Source of the DNA: Acidobacteriota bacterium
GTDB lineage: Bacteria > Acidobacteriota > UBA6911 > RPQK01 > JAJDTT01
DNA: 64,000 bases
Assembly (NCBI GenBank): GCA_965209055.1
Contig: OZ242374.1
Location: forward strand, 4,384,001 to 4,448,000
Direction of reading: 5' to 3'
The notes under the pieces were generated by a model that was not told the DNA's origin, did no database searches, and saw only the letters and a list, made by a program, of their open reading frames with translations. Position 1 is the first letter of the stretch; every line of letters begins with the position of its first letter. Position numbers and translations under genes: made by a program. Shown here piece after piece: positions 10,419 to 19,316 of this stretch.

Positions 10419-10441
10419 GCTACCGAACGGGACAGGGGTCG

Positions 10442-11488
10442 TCACGGCCCGGTCAACCGGCCATCCCGCCACGCCTGAATGTAGTTCATGCAGAAATCGT
10501 CCCGGCCCAGAAGCATGTCGCGGGCCAGGCCGACTCCCTCCGAATCCAGGTCCAGGGCGAACACGTCCTGGACGCGATTCTGGACCGGATCCATGATGGC
10601 GGCGTCGATTCCGGCCTCCAGACTCAGGTGAATGAAAGTGGCGTTGATCAGTTTCCGGTTGGGAAGACCGAAGGAGACGTTGCTCAACCCGCCCGTGACG
10701 TGCACGTCATTGCCGAAACTCGTTCGGACCTCCCGGACGGCATCCAGAAAATGACGTCCAAAGTCGCGCGAGACCGATATCGGGAAGACCAGGCAATCGA
10801 TGAATACGTCGTCCAGAGGGAATCCCCGTTTGACAGCCGCCTCCATGACCTGTTCCACGTTGGAGACACGATCGTCCGCGCTCTCCGGCATTCCGTCCTT
10901 TCCGGCGGCCGTCACGATCATGCGGGCATCGTTTTCCTGGACCAGATCCAGGGTCTCCAGCCGTTCCAGAGCGACGGAATTGACCAGTGGGCGGTCCGAT
11001 CTCCGGGTGTGCGCAGTCAATCCCGTGGCGATTATTTCCGCGTTGGAAGAATCGATGCTGAGAGGCAGGTCCGTCATTCCCTGCACTCTCTCCACGAGCC
11101 AGGTCATGGCTCGCTTCTGGACCTTGATGTCGTAGGAGACTTCGTCGACGTTCAGATCCAGAAAATGGGCGCCGGCGGTTTCCTGGCGGCGAACCTCGAA
11201 TTCGATGTAGGCGCTCCCCTCTTCCTCCTCCACGGGATCGCCACTGATCCCCTTCTGGACCGCGATCATGAAATGCTTGATCTGACCCTGCTCGTAGGGT
11301 TGAGTCTTCTTGGCGCTCTCCGGCACCCGGAGGTATCGGCGCTCACCGGGACTGGGGTCGAAAAAGACGGCTTCGGCTCCGTCGGGCGTCGTCGCAGTCC
11401 TTATGCCATTCCGCAAAACGATGCGAGTGGTATGGATATTTTCGCCGATGATGATCAGATCGCCGGAGTCAGTCACGAGCTTTGACAT
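10442..11488 (-). CDS. Methyltetrahydrofolate:corrinoid methyltransferase (AcsE/pterin-binding DHPS fold)
   Basis: IIGENIH, LDLNV, LSIDS, LVNS and GGLSNVSFG motifs; ATG at 11488. Confidence 0.85.
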   Translation of the reverse strand: MSKLVTDSGDLIIIGENIHTTRIVLRNGIRTATTPDGAEAVFFDPSPGERRYLRVPESAKKTQPYEQGQIKHFMIAVQKGISGDPVEEEEGSAYIEFEVRRQETAGAHFLDLNVDEVSYDIKVQKRAMTWLVERVQGMTDLPLSIDSSNAEIIATGLTAHTRRSDRPLVNSVALERLETLDLVQENDARMIVTAAGKDGMPESADDRVSNVEQVMEAAVKRGFPLDDVFIDCLVFPISVSRDFGRHFLDAVREVRTSFGNDVHVTGGLSNVSFGLPNRKLINATFIHLSLEAGIDAAIMDPVQNRVQDVFALDLDSEGVGLARDMLLGRDDFCMNYIQAWRDGRLTGP

Positions 11489-11508
11489 GGAATACCCGAT
11501 TGGGCGCG

Positions 11509-12546
11509 TCAGGCGTAGTGGTCCCGGCACCAGTCCTTGACCGCCCTCGGAATTTCGATGAGGTTTTCCAGTTTGGTCGCCAGGGGAATGGCACACTCGG
11601 GGGAGATCATGTCGACGCCCGCCGCCATGCATTCGTTGACGGCCGCTCGGACCTCCTCCGGACTCCGGCTGTAGAGGAGTTCCGGGTTGTTCAGATTCCC
11701 CACCAGGCGGATCCGCCCGGAAGCGATCTTCATGGCTTCGGCAGGGTTGTTTTTGGAATCGAAGTGGAAGCAGGCCAAACCGGACTGTGCGATGTATTCG
11801 AGGCGGTCCAGCGTCTGGCCGCAGATGTGGAGAATGAGCGGGCACGGGATTCGCTCACGCATCTCCTTGTGGATCTCCAACAGGAACCTGCGGTAATACT
11901 CACCGCTCACCAGGTCGCCCGTGGCATGATCCGGAAAGGTGAGCGCATCGGCGCCGGCTTCGATCTGGGCAACGGAGAACGCAACCGAGATTTCCTTGAG
12001 CCGATCCAGGCAGAGCATGGTCATTCCCGGATCGTCGATGCTCATGAGCAGAAACTTTTCCACGCCGAAGACGTGATAGGCCAGCGTCCATGGCCCCATG
12101 GCCTTGCCGATGATGGCCACCTCGTCTCCATACTCCTTTTTCAGGATTCGGAGCGCGTCCAGGACACACATGTTGTCCGGATGAGTCAGGAAGTCCTTCG
12201 GCATGTGGATGTCGTCCGGCCCCGACCAGATCGGTTGGTTCATCCGTACCGTGGGCCAGTTGTCCTTGACCTCCCATTGCATGTCGCATCCCAGGGCGGA
12301 AGACTCCTGGATAATGGTGAAAACGGGCATGATGCAGTCGTAGCCCAACTCAGTGTATCCCGTTGCCGCCAGGCGCGCGTTGAGCTCGGCGTCACGGCAC
12401 GCATCCGGAAACGGCGCGTCCACCAGATCCATGAGTTCCACGGTGGCGACGTTGGTCGGATTGCAGACCGGCGGACGATCCACCGGCTTGCCGGCCAGCG
12501 CGTTCATCACCCGCTCTCTACCGGTCATGGTCTCCACGAAAGGCAT
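11509..12546 (-). CDS. MtaA/CmuA-family methyltransferase (URO-D fold)
   Basis: MTGRERV..AL, GPWTLA, AGAD, Zn ligands LHIC and SPEC, LVGNL. Confidence 0.88.
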   Translation of the reverse strand: MPFVETMTGRERVMNALAGKPVDRPPVCNPTNVATVELMDLVDAPFPDACRDAELNARLAATGYTELGYDCIMPVFTIIQESSALGCDMQWEVKDNWPTVRMNQPIWSGPDDIHMPKDFLTHPDNMCVLDALRILKKEYGDEVAIIGKAMGPWTLAYHVFGVEKFLLMSIDDPGMTMLCLDRLKEISVAFSVAQIEAGADALTFPDHATGDLVSGEYYRRFLLEIHKEMRERIPCPLILHICGQTLDRLEYIAQSGLACFHFDSKNNPAEAMKIASGRIRLVGNLNNPELLYSRSPEEVRAAVNECMAAGVDMISPECAIPLATKLENLIEIPRAVKDWCRDHYA

Positions 12547-12564
12547 ACCGTTTACTCCTTGCGA

Positions 12565-13239
12565 TCAAAGAGGGCTGAAGCCCGCGGTTCCGGTGGTGAG
12601 CTGACCTCTTTGGGCCGAACTCTCCAACATGTTCTCCACGGCGCTGATGTTTCGGGAGTAGGGGAACAGGAGCCGAACCAACGGTTCATGACGGTATCCA
12701 CAACTGAAGGCGACACCGAAGTTTCCCACTTGCTCCATCTCGCCGTACTTTCGAAATCCCATCACGATGGCACGCAGGCGAAAAGGAGCGTTGCGCGCCT
12801 CCCCTTGAGCCGAGATCTGGTAGACCCAACGATTCTCGGAATAATGCGGCGTGAGCTTCAGGGTCAAGGGACTCCGAGTATCCTTAAGCACCATCTCACC
12901 CGTGGGATGAGCATAGTCGGGAGGCTTTTCAACGGCTTGCGGCATCAGAAACTTCATTGGCCGGAAATGGAGTAGTCCGCAGGGGAATCGAACCTGGTTC
13001 CTGGTGCCTTCGACAGCATCCAATCCACCCAGATTGCAAAGTTGGTCGCGGATTCTCTCGATCCGGTCCTCGACGCCCAGCTTCCTGCTGTAGGTCCAGA
13101 CGGTAAAGATACCGTCTTTCTCATAGAGTCCGACGGTGATGTTGTGGAAATGCGGATCCATGGGAACCAGCTCGACACAGCGCCCATAGCGCTCGATCGT
13201 CTCCTCGACGTGGGAAAGCTCGCCGTTCGTGCCCCTCAT
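12565..13239 (-). CDS. Hypothetical protein with a duplicated FxCGxxH motif
   Basis: 224-aa ORF with ATGA overlap to the upstream gene; contains VRFPCGLLH and VAFSCGYRH. Confidence 0.75.
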   Translation of the reverse strand: MRGTNGELSHVEETIERYGRCVELVPMDPHFHNITVGLYEKDGIFTVWTYSRKLGVEDRIERIRDQLCNLGGLDAVEGTRNQVRFPCGLLHFRPMKFLMPQAVEKPPDYAHPTGEMVLKDTRSPLTLKLTPHYSENRWVYQISAQGEARNAPFRLRAIVMGFRKYGEMEQVGNFGVAFSCGYRHEPLVRLLFPYSRNISAVENMLESSAQRGQLTTGTAGFSPL

Positions 13240-13658
13240 GACGAAATACTCCCGGAGGGTTCGGATGATGAATCCTCACTGATCCAACGCTCCAGCGCAC
13301 CGGGACGCTCATCCCGCTGACCTGCACGGTGAAGCCGGCAAATCCGGGCCGCCAGATCTTCAGGAAGTCCCCGATTGAATCTCCCGGCCATGTCTTGAGC
13401 CAGGCGCCGGGGATTTCCAGTGGCGCGCCCGTGATCCAGCCACTCCCAGCCCTCCAGATAGGCGTCGCTCCCCATGCTCCCCTCGAACATGGCGACGGCG
13501 TCCACCGCCTCCTGGAACCGGTGGTCCAGCATCTCGGAAACCCGATCGCCGCCGGCTTCGACTTGGACCTGAACCGGGATCTCTTTCCAATACAGCACTC
13601 GGATTCTGGCCACGGTTTCCGCTCCTGCGAGAGATGATCCGGAGTCGACTGTCGCCAC
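13236..13658 (-). CDS. Virulence_fact (CvfA-like) family small protein
   Basis: VLYWKEIPVQV..RFQEAVD..AM...SDAYLEGW signature. Confidence 0.75.
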   Translation of the reverse strand: MATVDSGSSLAGAETVARIRVLYWKEIPVQVQVEAGGDRVSEMLDHRFQEAVDAVAMFEGSMGSDAYLEGWEWLDHGRATGNPRRLAQDMAGRFNRGLPEDLAARICRLHRAGQRDERPGALERWISEDSSSEPSGSISS

Positions 13659-13818
13659 CCGCCGGGAATGTCAGGCTACACCAGTGCCAGACACCCTGTA
13701 AAGCCCGTCACAACTGGCAAATCCCGGTTCCAGGCCGTGGACGGAGGAGAGTCGCAAAGTCTCGGATACGCCCATCCCCTTCTTGACTTGGTCCGAGCCA
13801 CTTCCGCAAAATGTGGAC

Positions 13819-14676
13819 ATGGATGTCTACGAGGAGATCGTCCGTCTCCGGCGCGAGGGCAGCTCGGGCGCACTGGCGACCATCGTTCGCCGCTTGGGGA
13901 GCACTCCCCGCAAAGACCATGCCAAAATGCTGGTCCGCCAGGATGGCAGCTTTGTGGGCACGGTGGGCGGTGGCTGTGTCGAGGCCGAGGTCTGGCGGCA
14001 TGCCAACCAGGTCATGGAGAGTGGCCGGGCCACTCTGGTCAAATACGAATTGACCCAGGAAGACACGGAAAACGAAGGTCTGGTCTGCGGTGGCACCGTG
14101 GAGATCTTCATCGAGCCCGTGATCCCCGAGCCCACTTTGATCCTCATGGGCGCCGGCCATTTGGGACAGGCCATCGCCGAGGCCGCCGAACGGGTCGGCT
14201 TTCAGGTCGTTGTCCTGGATGACCGGGAGTCATTCGCCAATCGAGAGCGTTTCCCCCGGGCCCAGGAGGTGATCGTGGACTCCTTCCGGACGGGCCTCTC
14301 GCAAACATCCGTCACCGTCAACACCTTCATCCTGGTCATCACGCGCGGTCACAGCCATGATCATGCGGCCTTGGAACAGGCCATCCGGACCGACGCCCGA
14401 TACGTGGGACTGGTGGGGAGCCGCCGCAAGATCCAGTTGATCGTAGAGCACTTGCTTGAGCAAGGGTATGACCCCGACCGGTTCAAGAGGCTCTACGCCC
14501 CCATCGGCCTGGCCATCGGGTCCGAGACGCCGGAGGAGATCGCCATCAGCGTCGTGGCTGAATTGATCGCCATCCGAAAGGGCGTTCATGAACGAAATCA
14601 CAAGCAGCGTTTCGTTCAGAAAATCCTGGACCGGGCCAGAATGAAGTCCGCTCCGGTCCGGGTCGCCGCCGGGTAA
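13819..14676 (+). CDS. XdhC/CoxI-family molybdoenzyme maturation factor
   Basis: GSTPR..AKM, GTVGGGCVE, CGG.VEIF, GAGH, TRGHSHD, YVGLVGSRRK, PIGL.IG.ETPEEIA motifs. Confidence 0.92.
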   Translation: MDVYEEIVRLRREGSSGALATIVRRLGSTPRKDHAKMLVRQDGSFVGTVGGGCVEAEVWRHANQVMESGRATLVKYELTQEDTENEGLVCGGTVEIFIEPVIPEPTLILMGAGHLGQAIAEAAERVGFQVVVLDDRESFANRERFPRAQEVIVDSFRTGLSQTSVTVNTFILVITRGHSHDHAALEQAIRTDARYVGLVGSRRKIQLIVEHLLEQGYDPDRFKRLYAPIGLAIGSETPEEIAISVVAELIAIRKGVHERNHKQRFVQKILDRARMKSAPVRVAAG

Positions 14677-14694
14677 CCGGCTCCGCGTCCTCCC

Positions 14695-15363
14695 CTACCC
14701 GGAACCGGAATCCTCCGCCAGCAAGCGGAGTATCTTCTCGTCCATCGCGCCCTTCCTCACGATCCGGGGCGCCTCTTCGCACAGATCCAGGACCGACGAA
14801 GGCGCCGACTCCGGAAGTGTGCCCGCGTCCAGAAACAGATCGACGCTGGGCCCGAAGAGGGCTTCCAACCGGGATCCGGATTCCGGGGCCGGCTGTCCCG
14901 AGAGATTGGCACTGGTGGAAACGATGGGAACGGCGAGGCGTTCCAGCCACAGCCGGAGGAAAGGCAGGCTGGGACAACGGATCCCGACCTTGCCCTGGTT
15001 TCCGGTGACGGGCGCCGGGACCGTAGACGCAGCCGGCACCAGGAAGGTGACCGGTCCGGGCCAAAGTCGATCCGCCAGGCGTTGAAACTGTCGCGGCAAT
15101 CCGTCGGTGAGTCGTTCGGCCGCCTCCAGGTCTGGAATCAAGAGCAACAGACCCTTGTCGGCAGTCCGGCGTTTCAGTTGCAGGATCTTCTCGAGAGCTG
15201 GCTTGCACAATCCGTGGCAACCGATTCCGTAAACGGTATCGGTGGGATAGATGAGGACTTCCCCGCGATGGACCGCCCGGGATGCCACCTCGACGATGGC
15301 CGGATCGGGCCGGTGAAGATCGACCTCCAACCTTCTTCTCCAACCTTTACCAACGTCCTTCAT
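14695..15363 (-). CDS. tsaC: L-threonylcarbamoyladenylate synthase (Sua5/YrdC/TsaC)
   Basis: YPTDTVYGIG, LKRR, WPGP and STSANLSG motifs. Confidence 0.88.
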   Translation of the reverse strand: MKDVGKGWRRRLEVDLHRPDPAIVEVASRAVHRGEVLIYPTDTVYGIGCHGLCKPALEKILQLKRRTADKGLLLLIPDLEAAERLTDGLPRQFQRLADRLWPGPVTFLVPAASTVPAPVTGNQGKVGIRCPSLPFLRLWLERLAVPIVSTSANLSGQPAPESGSRLEALFGPSVDLFLDAGTLPESAPSSVLDLCEEAPRIVRKGAMDEKILRLLAEDSGSG

Positions 15364-15417
15364 CTGTCCGCACCCTACCCCGGCCGGTTGGACCACGGGA
15401 CGACCCTCGCCACAGGC

Positions 15418-15426
15418 TGCTAGAAT
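15418..15426 (+). promoter_or_regulatory. Extended -10 element (TGC-TAGAAT), probably leaderless
   Basis: Lies 8 nt upstream of the GTG at 15435; no Shine-Dalgarno sequence. Confidence 0.45.
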
Positions 15427-15434
15427 ACCACCCG

Positions 15435-16208
15435 GTGTCCACTTCTCCGGAGGTGATCCGAAGCCGGTCCAACCGGCGATTTCAACGGCTGCGCAAGTTG
15501 GCGGCCAGTTGCGCCTCCTCCGATTGTCCCTGGGCCATGGTGGAGGGATGGAAACAGGTTTCGGATCTTTCCAGAACTCTTGAAATCGAAGTCCTCCTCT
15601 ACTCTCAGGACAGCGATATCCGGCTGGCCAGGCTGAGGCGCCAGAGCCGAACCTTCTTTCATCTTTCCGAGCCATTGTTCCAAGCGCTCTCCCACGTGGA
15701 AAATCCCCAGGGAGTCGCCGCGTTCTTTCCAAAACGAAAATGGCATTGGTCCGATTTGGGGCCCTACGTCCTCTACGCTCACAAGATCCAGGATCCGGGC
15801 AACCTGGGAACGCTGCTGAGAACGGCCGAGTCAACGGGACTGTTCACGTTGGTGACCTCTCCCGGTAGCGTCGCTTGCTATGGCGCCAAGACGGTCCGGG
15901 CTTCGGTGGGAGCGGCCCTGCGCCTGCCGTTGCTGGAGGCGATACCGTGGAAATCGTTCAGATCGAAAGGTTTCCAGCTCTGGGCCACCACCCATCTGGG
16001 CGGCACCTCGTTGTTTCAGGCTCGCTTCCGTCCCCCACTTGCAGTTCTTGTCGGGAACGAAGGCAACGGGCTTCCAGGCCGAATCATGGACGAAGCGGAC
16101 CATCACCTGCACATCCCGATGGGGTCCGGTGCGGGGAGCCTGAACGCCGCCGTCGCCGGCTCTCTCGCCCTCTACGAAGTCTTTCGGCGGGAGCGTGGAC
16201 ATGAATGA
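15435..16208 (+). CDS. TrmH/SpoU-family RNA 2'-O-methyltransferase
   Basis: IQDPGNLGTLLRTA, VGNEGNG and IPM..SLNAAVAG motifs. Confidence 0.9.
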   Translation: MSTSPEVIRSRSNRRFQRLRKLAASCASSDCPWAMVEGWKQVSDLSRTLEIEVLLYSQDSDIRLARLRRQSRTFFHLSEPLFQALSHVENPQGVAAFFPKRKWHWSDLGPYVLYAHKIQDPGNLGTLLRTAESTGLFTLVTSPGSVACYGAKTVRASVGAALRLPLLEAIPWKSFRSKGFQLWATTHLGGTSLFQARFRPPLAVLVGNEGNGLPGRIMDEADHHLHIPMGSGAGSLNAAVAGSLALYEVFRRERGHE

Positions 16209-17547
16209 GCATTTGTTCCCCGGCATGGCTCCAGTTGAGGAAGAGGGAGGACCGAAGGCGCCCCTCGCGGATCGAATGCGCCCCCTTACCCTGGAACAGG
16301 TCGTCGGGCAGGAGCACCTTCTGGGTCCTGGGAAAATCCTGCGGGAAATCGCGGACTCGGGCGAGATCCCGTCCCTGCTGCTCTGGGGCCCCCCGGGCGT
16401 GGGCAAGACGACCTTGGCGCACCTGATGGCTGACCAGGGAAACTGCCACTTCATCTCCATCAGCGCGGTCCTGGCGGGTGTCAAGGAGGTCAAGCGGATC
16501 GTGCAGGAAGCGCGCACCGAGTGGCGCCTCCGGCAACACCGTACCGTGTTGTTCGTGGACGAGATTCATCGCTTCAACAAGGCTCAGCAAGATGCATTCC
16601 TTCCCCACGTCGAAAACGGGACCCTGATTCTGGTGGGCGCGACCACCGAGAATCCTTCCTTCGAGGTCATCCCTCCCCTGCTCTCCCGCAGCCGGGTTCT
16701 GGTTCTCGAGGCTCTGGAAGAATCGCACTTGCTCACGTTGCTCCGGCGAGCGCTCAAGGAGGACCGTGGATTGGGCCCCTGGAAGATCGAGGTGGAGCCG
16801 GGTTGCCTGCGGGCGATCGCCCGCTTTGCCGATGGGGATGCTCGCGTGGCCCTCAACTCGCTGGAATTGGCGGCGCAACTGGTTCGGCGGTCCAGATCGG
16901 GAGATCCGAGTATCACACGGGAAATCGTAGGAGAGGCGTTGCAGAAACGGACTCTCCGTTACGACAAGTCAGGCGAGGAGCACTTCAATCTGATTTCGGC
17001 TCTTCACAAGTCCCTGCGCAACAGCGATCCTGACGCATCCCTGTACTGGATGGGAAGGATGTTGGAAGCGGGGGAAGACCCTCTCTATATCGCCCGGCGG
17101 ATGGTCCGTTTTGCCTCCGAGGACATCGGTCTGGCCGATCCGGACGCGCTCGGACGCGCCATCGACGCCATGCAGGCCGTTCATTTCATCGGCCTTCCCG
17201 AAGGCAAGCTCGCCTTGGCGCAGTTGGCCGTCTATCTGGCCCAGGCGCCCAAGTCGAACCGGATCTACGAGGCCTACTCGCGGGTCGAGAAGGACGTCTC
17301 CAGAACTCGCAACCAGCCCGTTCCCCTGCACCTGAGGAACGCCCCCACCAACCTGATGAAGGAGCTCGGCTACGGCCGGAACTATCGCTACGCCCACAAC
17401 GAACCGGACCGAGTGGCCGATATGGCCTGTCTGCCTCCCAACCTGGCGAGTCGGCGCTACTACGAACCGGGCGGCGAAGGTTTCGAGCGCGACGTACGGA
17501 CACGGCTGGAAATCGTCGAATCGCTGAAAAAACGCCGCCACAAGTAG
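16201..17547 (+). CDS. rarA: Replication-associated recombination protein A (RarA/MgsA)
   Basis: PLADRMRP, GPPGVGKTT, DEIHRFNKAQQDAFLP, GATTENPSF, ISALHKS and ASEDIGLA motifs. Confidence 0.96.
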   Translation: MNEHLFPGMAPVEEEGGPKAPLADRMRPLTLEQVVGQEHLLGPGKILREIADSGEIPSLLLWGPPGVGKTTLAHLMADQGNCHFISISAVLAGVKEVKRIVQEARTEWRLRQHRTVLFVDEIHRFNKAQQDAFLPHVENGTLILVGATTENPSFEVIPPLLSRSRVLVLEALEESHLLTLLRRALKEDRGLGPWKIEVEPGCLRAIARFADGDARVALNSLELAAQLVRRSRSGDPSITREIVGEALQKRTLRYDKSGEEHFNLISALHKSLRNSDPDASLYWMGRMLEAGEDPLYIARRMVRFASEDIGLADPDALGRAIDAMQAVHFIGLPEGKLALAQLAVYLAQAPKSNRIYEAYSRVEKDVSRTRNQPVPLHLRNAPTNLMKELGYGRNYRYAHNEPDRVADMACLPPNLASRRYYEPGGEGFERDVRTRLEIVESLKKRRHK

Positions 17548-17619
17548 CGAAGATACCGCGGGGTTGCCGATCTCCCGTGTTCCGGCTCCCATCGGACGCC
17601 GGAGCACCTCCGGATCGAA

Positions 17620-19173
17620 TCACTGCGGCGGAGAAGGCGGTTTCCCGGTCCTGGGGGCGTCGACCAACACCTGGAGAAATTCCTCCTGGAGAGCTTGCAG
17701 GCCGGACTCGTCTCCCTTGAGGGCATTGACCAGCATGGCAAAGGCCAGGGTTTCCCCATGCACGGTCTCGACGAATCCGGACAGTGCCCGGACTCCCTCC
17801 ATGGATCCGGTCTTGGCCTGGACCCGGCCCTTCAAACCGGGTGCCGTCAACCGCCGGCGAAGAGTGCCGTCGGTTCCCGCCGCCGGCAACCATTGCCGAA
17901 AGGCGGTCCCGTAGGATTGACGGTGCGCGTACTCCAGGAGCCGGATCACGGCGCCCGCCGAGATCAGATTGTGCCGGGAGAGGCCGGAACCGTCCGCCAG
18001 ACGGAAACTGTCCGGCTCAAGGCCGGCTCGATGAACGAGTATCGACTCCATCCTCATGAGACCCGCCTCGCCGCGCTTCCCACTCGGGGCCGGGTCCAGC
18101 ATTCTCATGAGTGTCTCTCCGTAGAGGTTCTGGCTGATTTTCAGGAAGACCCGAAGCACCTGGGAGAGGGGAGGAGAGTCGTGGGAGAAGAGATCCGTCC
18201 TGGATGCACCGGGGTGTCCATGGCCGTTCTCGCCCTCCCGGCGCCCCATCAGTTCCAGGTGACCGGATCTCAGGACCTCGGCAAAAGTGCTGGTGAAATA
18301 GCGGACCGGATTCCGGACCGCGACGCGGAGCCAGATCGGAATCTGAGAGGGTTCCACGGCACCGGCCAATTCGACCTCATCTTCCCGGCGTCGCCACTTC
18401 AGTTCCAAATCTTCGCGCGGTCCGGTCCGGATCCGGTTTCGCCAACGGATCAGCGGCGTCGGCGGGCGCCAAAGCAGGTGGGCCGGAGATCCGGCGCCGG
18501 TCGGGGAGACGCGGACCAGGGCCACACCCTCGTTGAACTGCAGACCGCTGGGAACGGCGCCGTAGCCGTAAACCAGATCGTCCCATGACCACCCCCGCCC
18601 GGGGGCTTCCGCCTCCAGCAGGCTGTCGTCCGGCAGCAGCCGTCCCCGAATTCGCTGAATCCCCAATTCCCGCAGATTCTCTCCCCACTTCCGGAACACG
18701 GCGAGAGGATCCCCCTCCTCCATCTTCTCCGGATCGGGACTGAAGAAGCGCGCACCAAGGGTCGGGTCTGCCCCTCCCTGGATGATGAGGTTGCCCTCCA
18801 GGGTCCCGTCCTCGATTCGGCCATCGGTCCAGATCCGCGTCGTGAACCGGAAGTCCGGCCCCAGGTCTTCGACGGCGGCGACGGCGGTCAGCAGCTTCAG
18901 ATTCGAAGCGGGTATCAAACGCTTCTGGGGATTCTCGGAGAACAGGATCTTCCCGGTGTCCATGGACCGGACCTGGACTCCCCAGGAGGACCGAACCAGA
19001 ACCGGAGCCGACAGAACCTGTCCAAGCCGAACCGCCAGGCTGGGCTCTTCCGATCCGCCGGTTGCCGTCGTACCGGTCTGCGAGCTCGAAATTGCGCCAT
19101 GGGTGTGCGGACAGATGAGGAAAAGCAATCCGAAGAGCGCGCGCGCCATGGCCGGAATGTGATTCGTGGGCAC
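17620..19173 (-). CDS. dacB: D-alanyl-D-alanine carboxypeptidase/endopeptidase (PBP4, peptidase S13)
   Basis: SxxK (ASNLK), SxN (SQN), KTG (AKTGS) and DGSGLSR motifs; signal peptide; alternative start at 19149. Confidence 0.92.
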   Translation of the reverse strand: MPTNHIPAMARALFGLLFLICPHTHGAISSSQTGTTATGGSEEPSLAVRLGQVLSAPVLVRSSWGVQVRSMDTGKILFSENPQKRLIPASNLKLLTAVAAVEDLGPDFRFTTRIWTDGRIEDGTLEGNLIIQGGADPTLGARFFSPDPEKMEEGDPLAVFRKWGENLRELGIQRIRGRLLPDDSLLEAEAPGRGWSWDDLVYGYGAVPSGLQFNEGVALVRVSPTGAGSPAHLLWRPPTPLIRWRNRIRTGPREDLELKWRRREDEVELAGAVEPSQIPIWLRVAVRNPVRYFTSTFAEVLRSGHLELMGRREGENGHGHPGASRTDLFSHDSPPLSQVLRVFLKISQNLYGETLMRMLDPAPSGKRGEAGLMRMESILVHRAGLEPDSFRLADGSGLSRHNLISAGAVIRLLEYAHRQSYGTAFRQWLPAAGTDGTLRRRLTAPGLKGRVQAKTGSMEGVRALSGFVETVHGETLAFAMLVNALKGDESGLQALQEEFLQVLVDAPRTGKPPSPPQ

Positions 19174-19284
19174 GGGGCAGAGAGTACGTCCGCCATAGTC
19201 TTTATGGCAACCCGGGCAGTCTGGCCGCCAATGGTCCCTGTGCCGCTTTTATTTTTTGTTGCCGGCCCATCGCGAAAAAACCTT

Positions 19285-19306
19285 CGGAATTGTACGCTTT
19301 TGGACT
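19285..19306 (+). repeat. Terminal inverted repeat of the IS (downstream end)
   Basis: Exact reverse complement of 21713-21734. Confidence 0.95.
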
Positions 19307-19316
19307 AAAGGGGCTC

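Noticed and set aside
6093-13658. Wood-Ljungdahl (acs) cluster
   Set aside because: AcsE-, AcsV- and MetV-like genes are present, but acsA/B/C/D are not in the window.
13659-13818. Possible cobalamin or SAM riboswitch upstream of the B12 cluster
   Set aside because: Some pairing is possible (CCGGGA/TCCCGG, GCCAG/CTGGC) but I found no B12-box or SAM-I core. An Infernal/Rfam scan would settle it.
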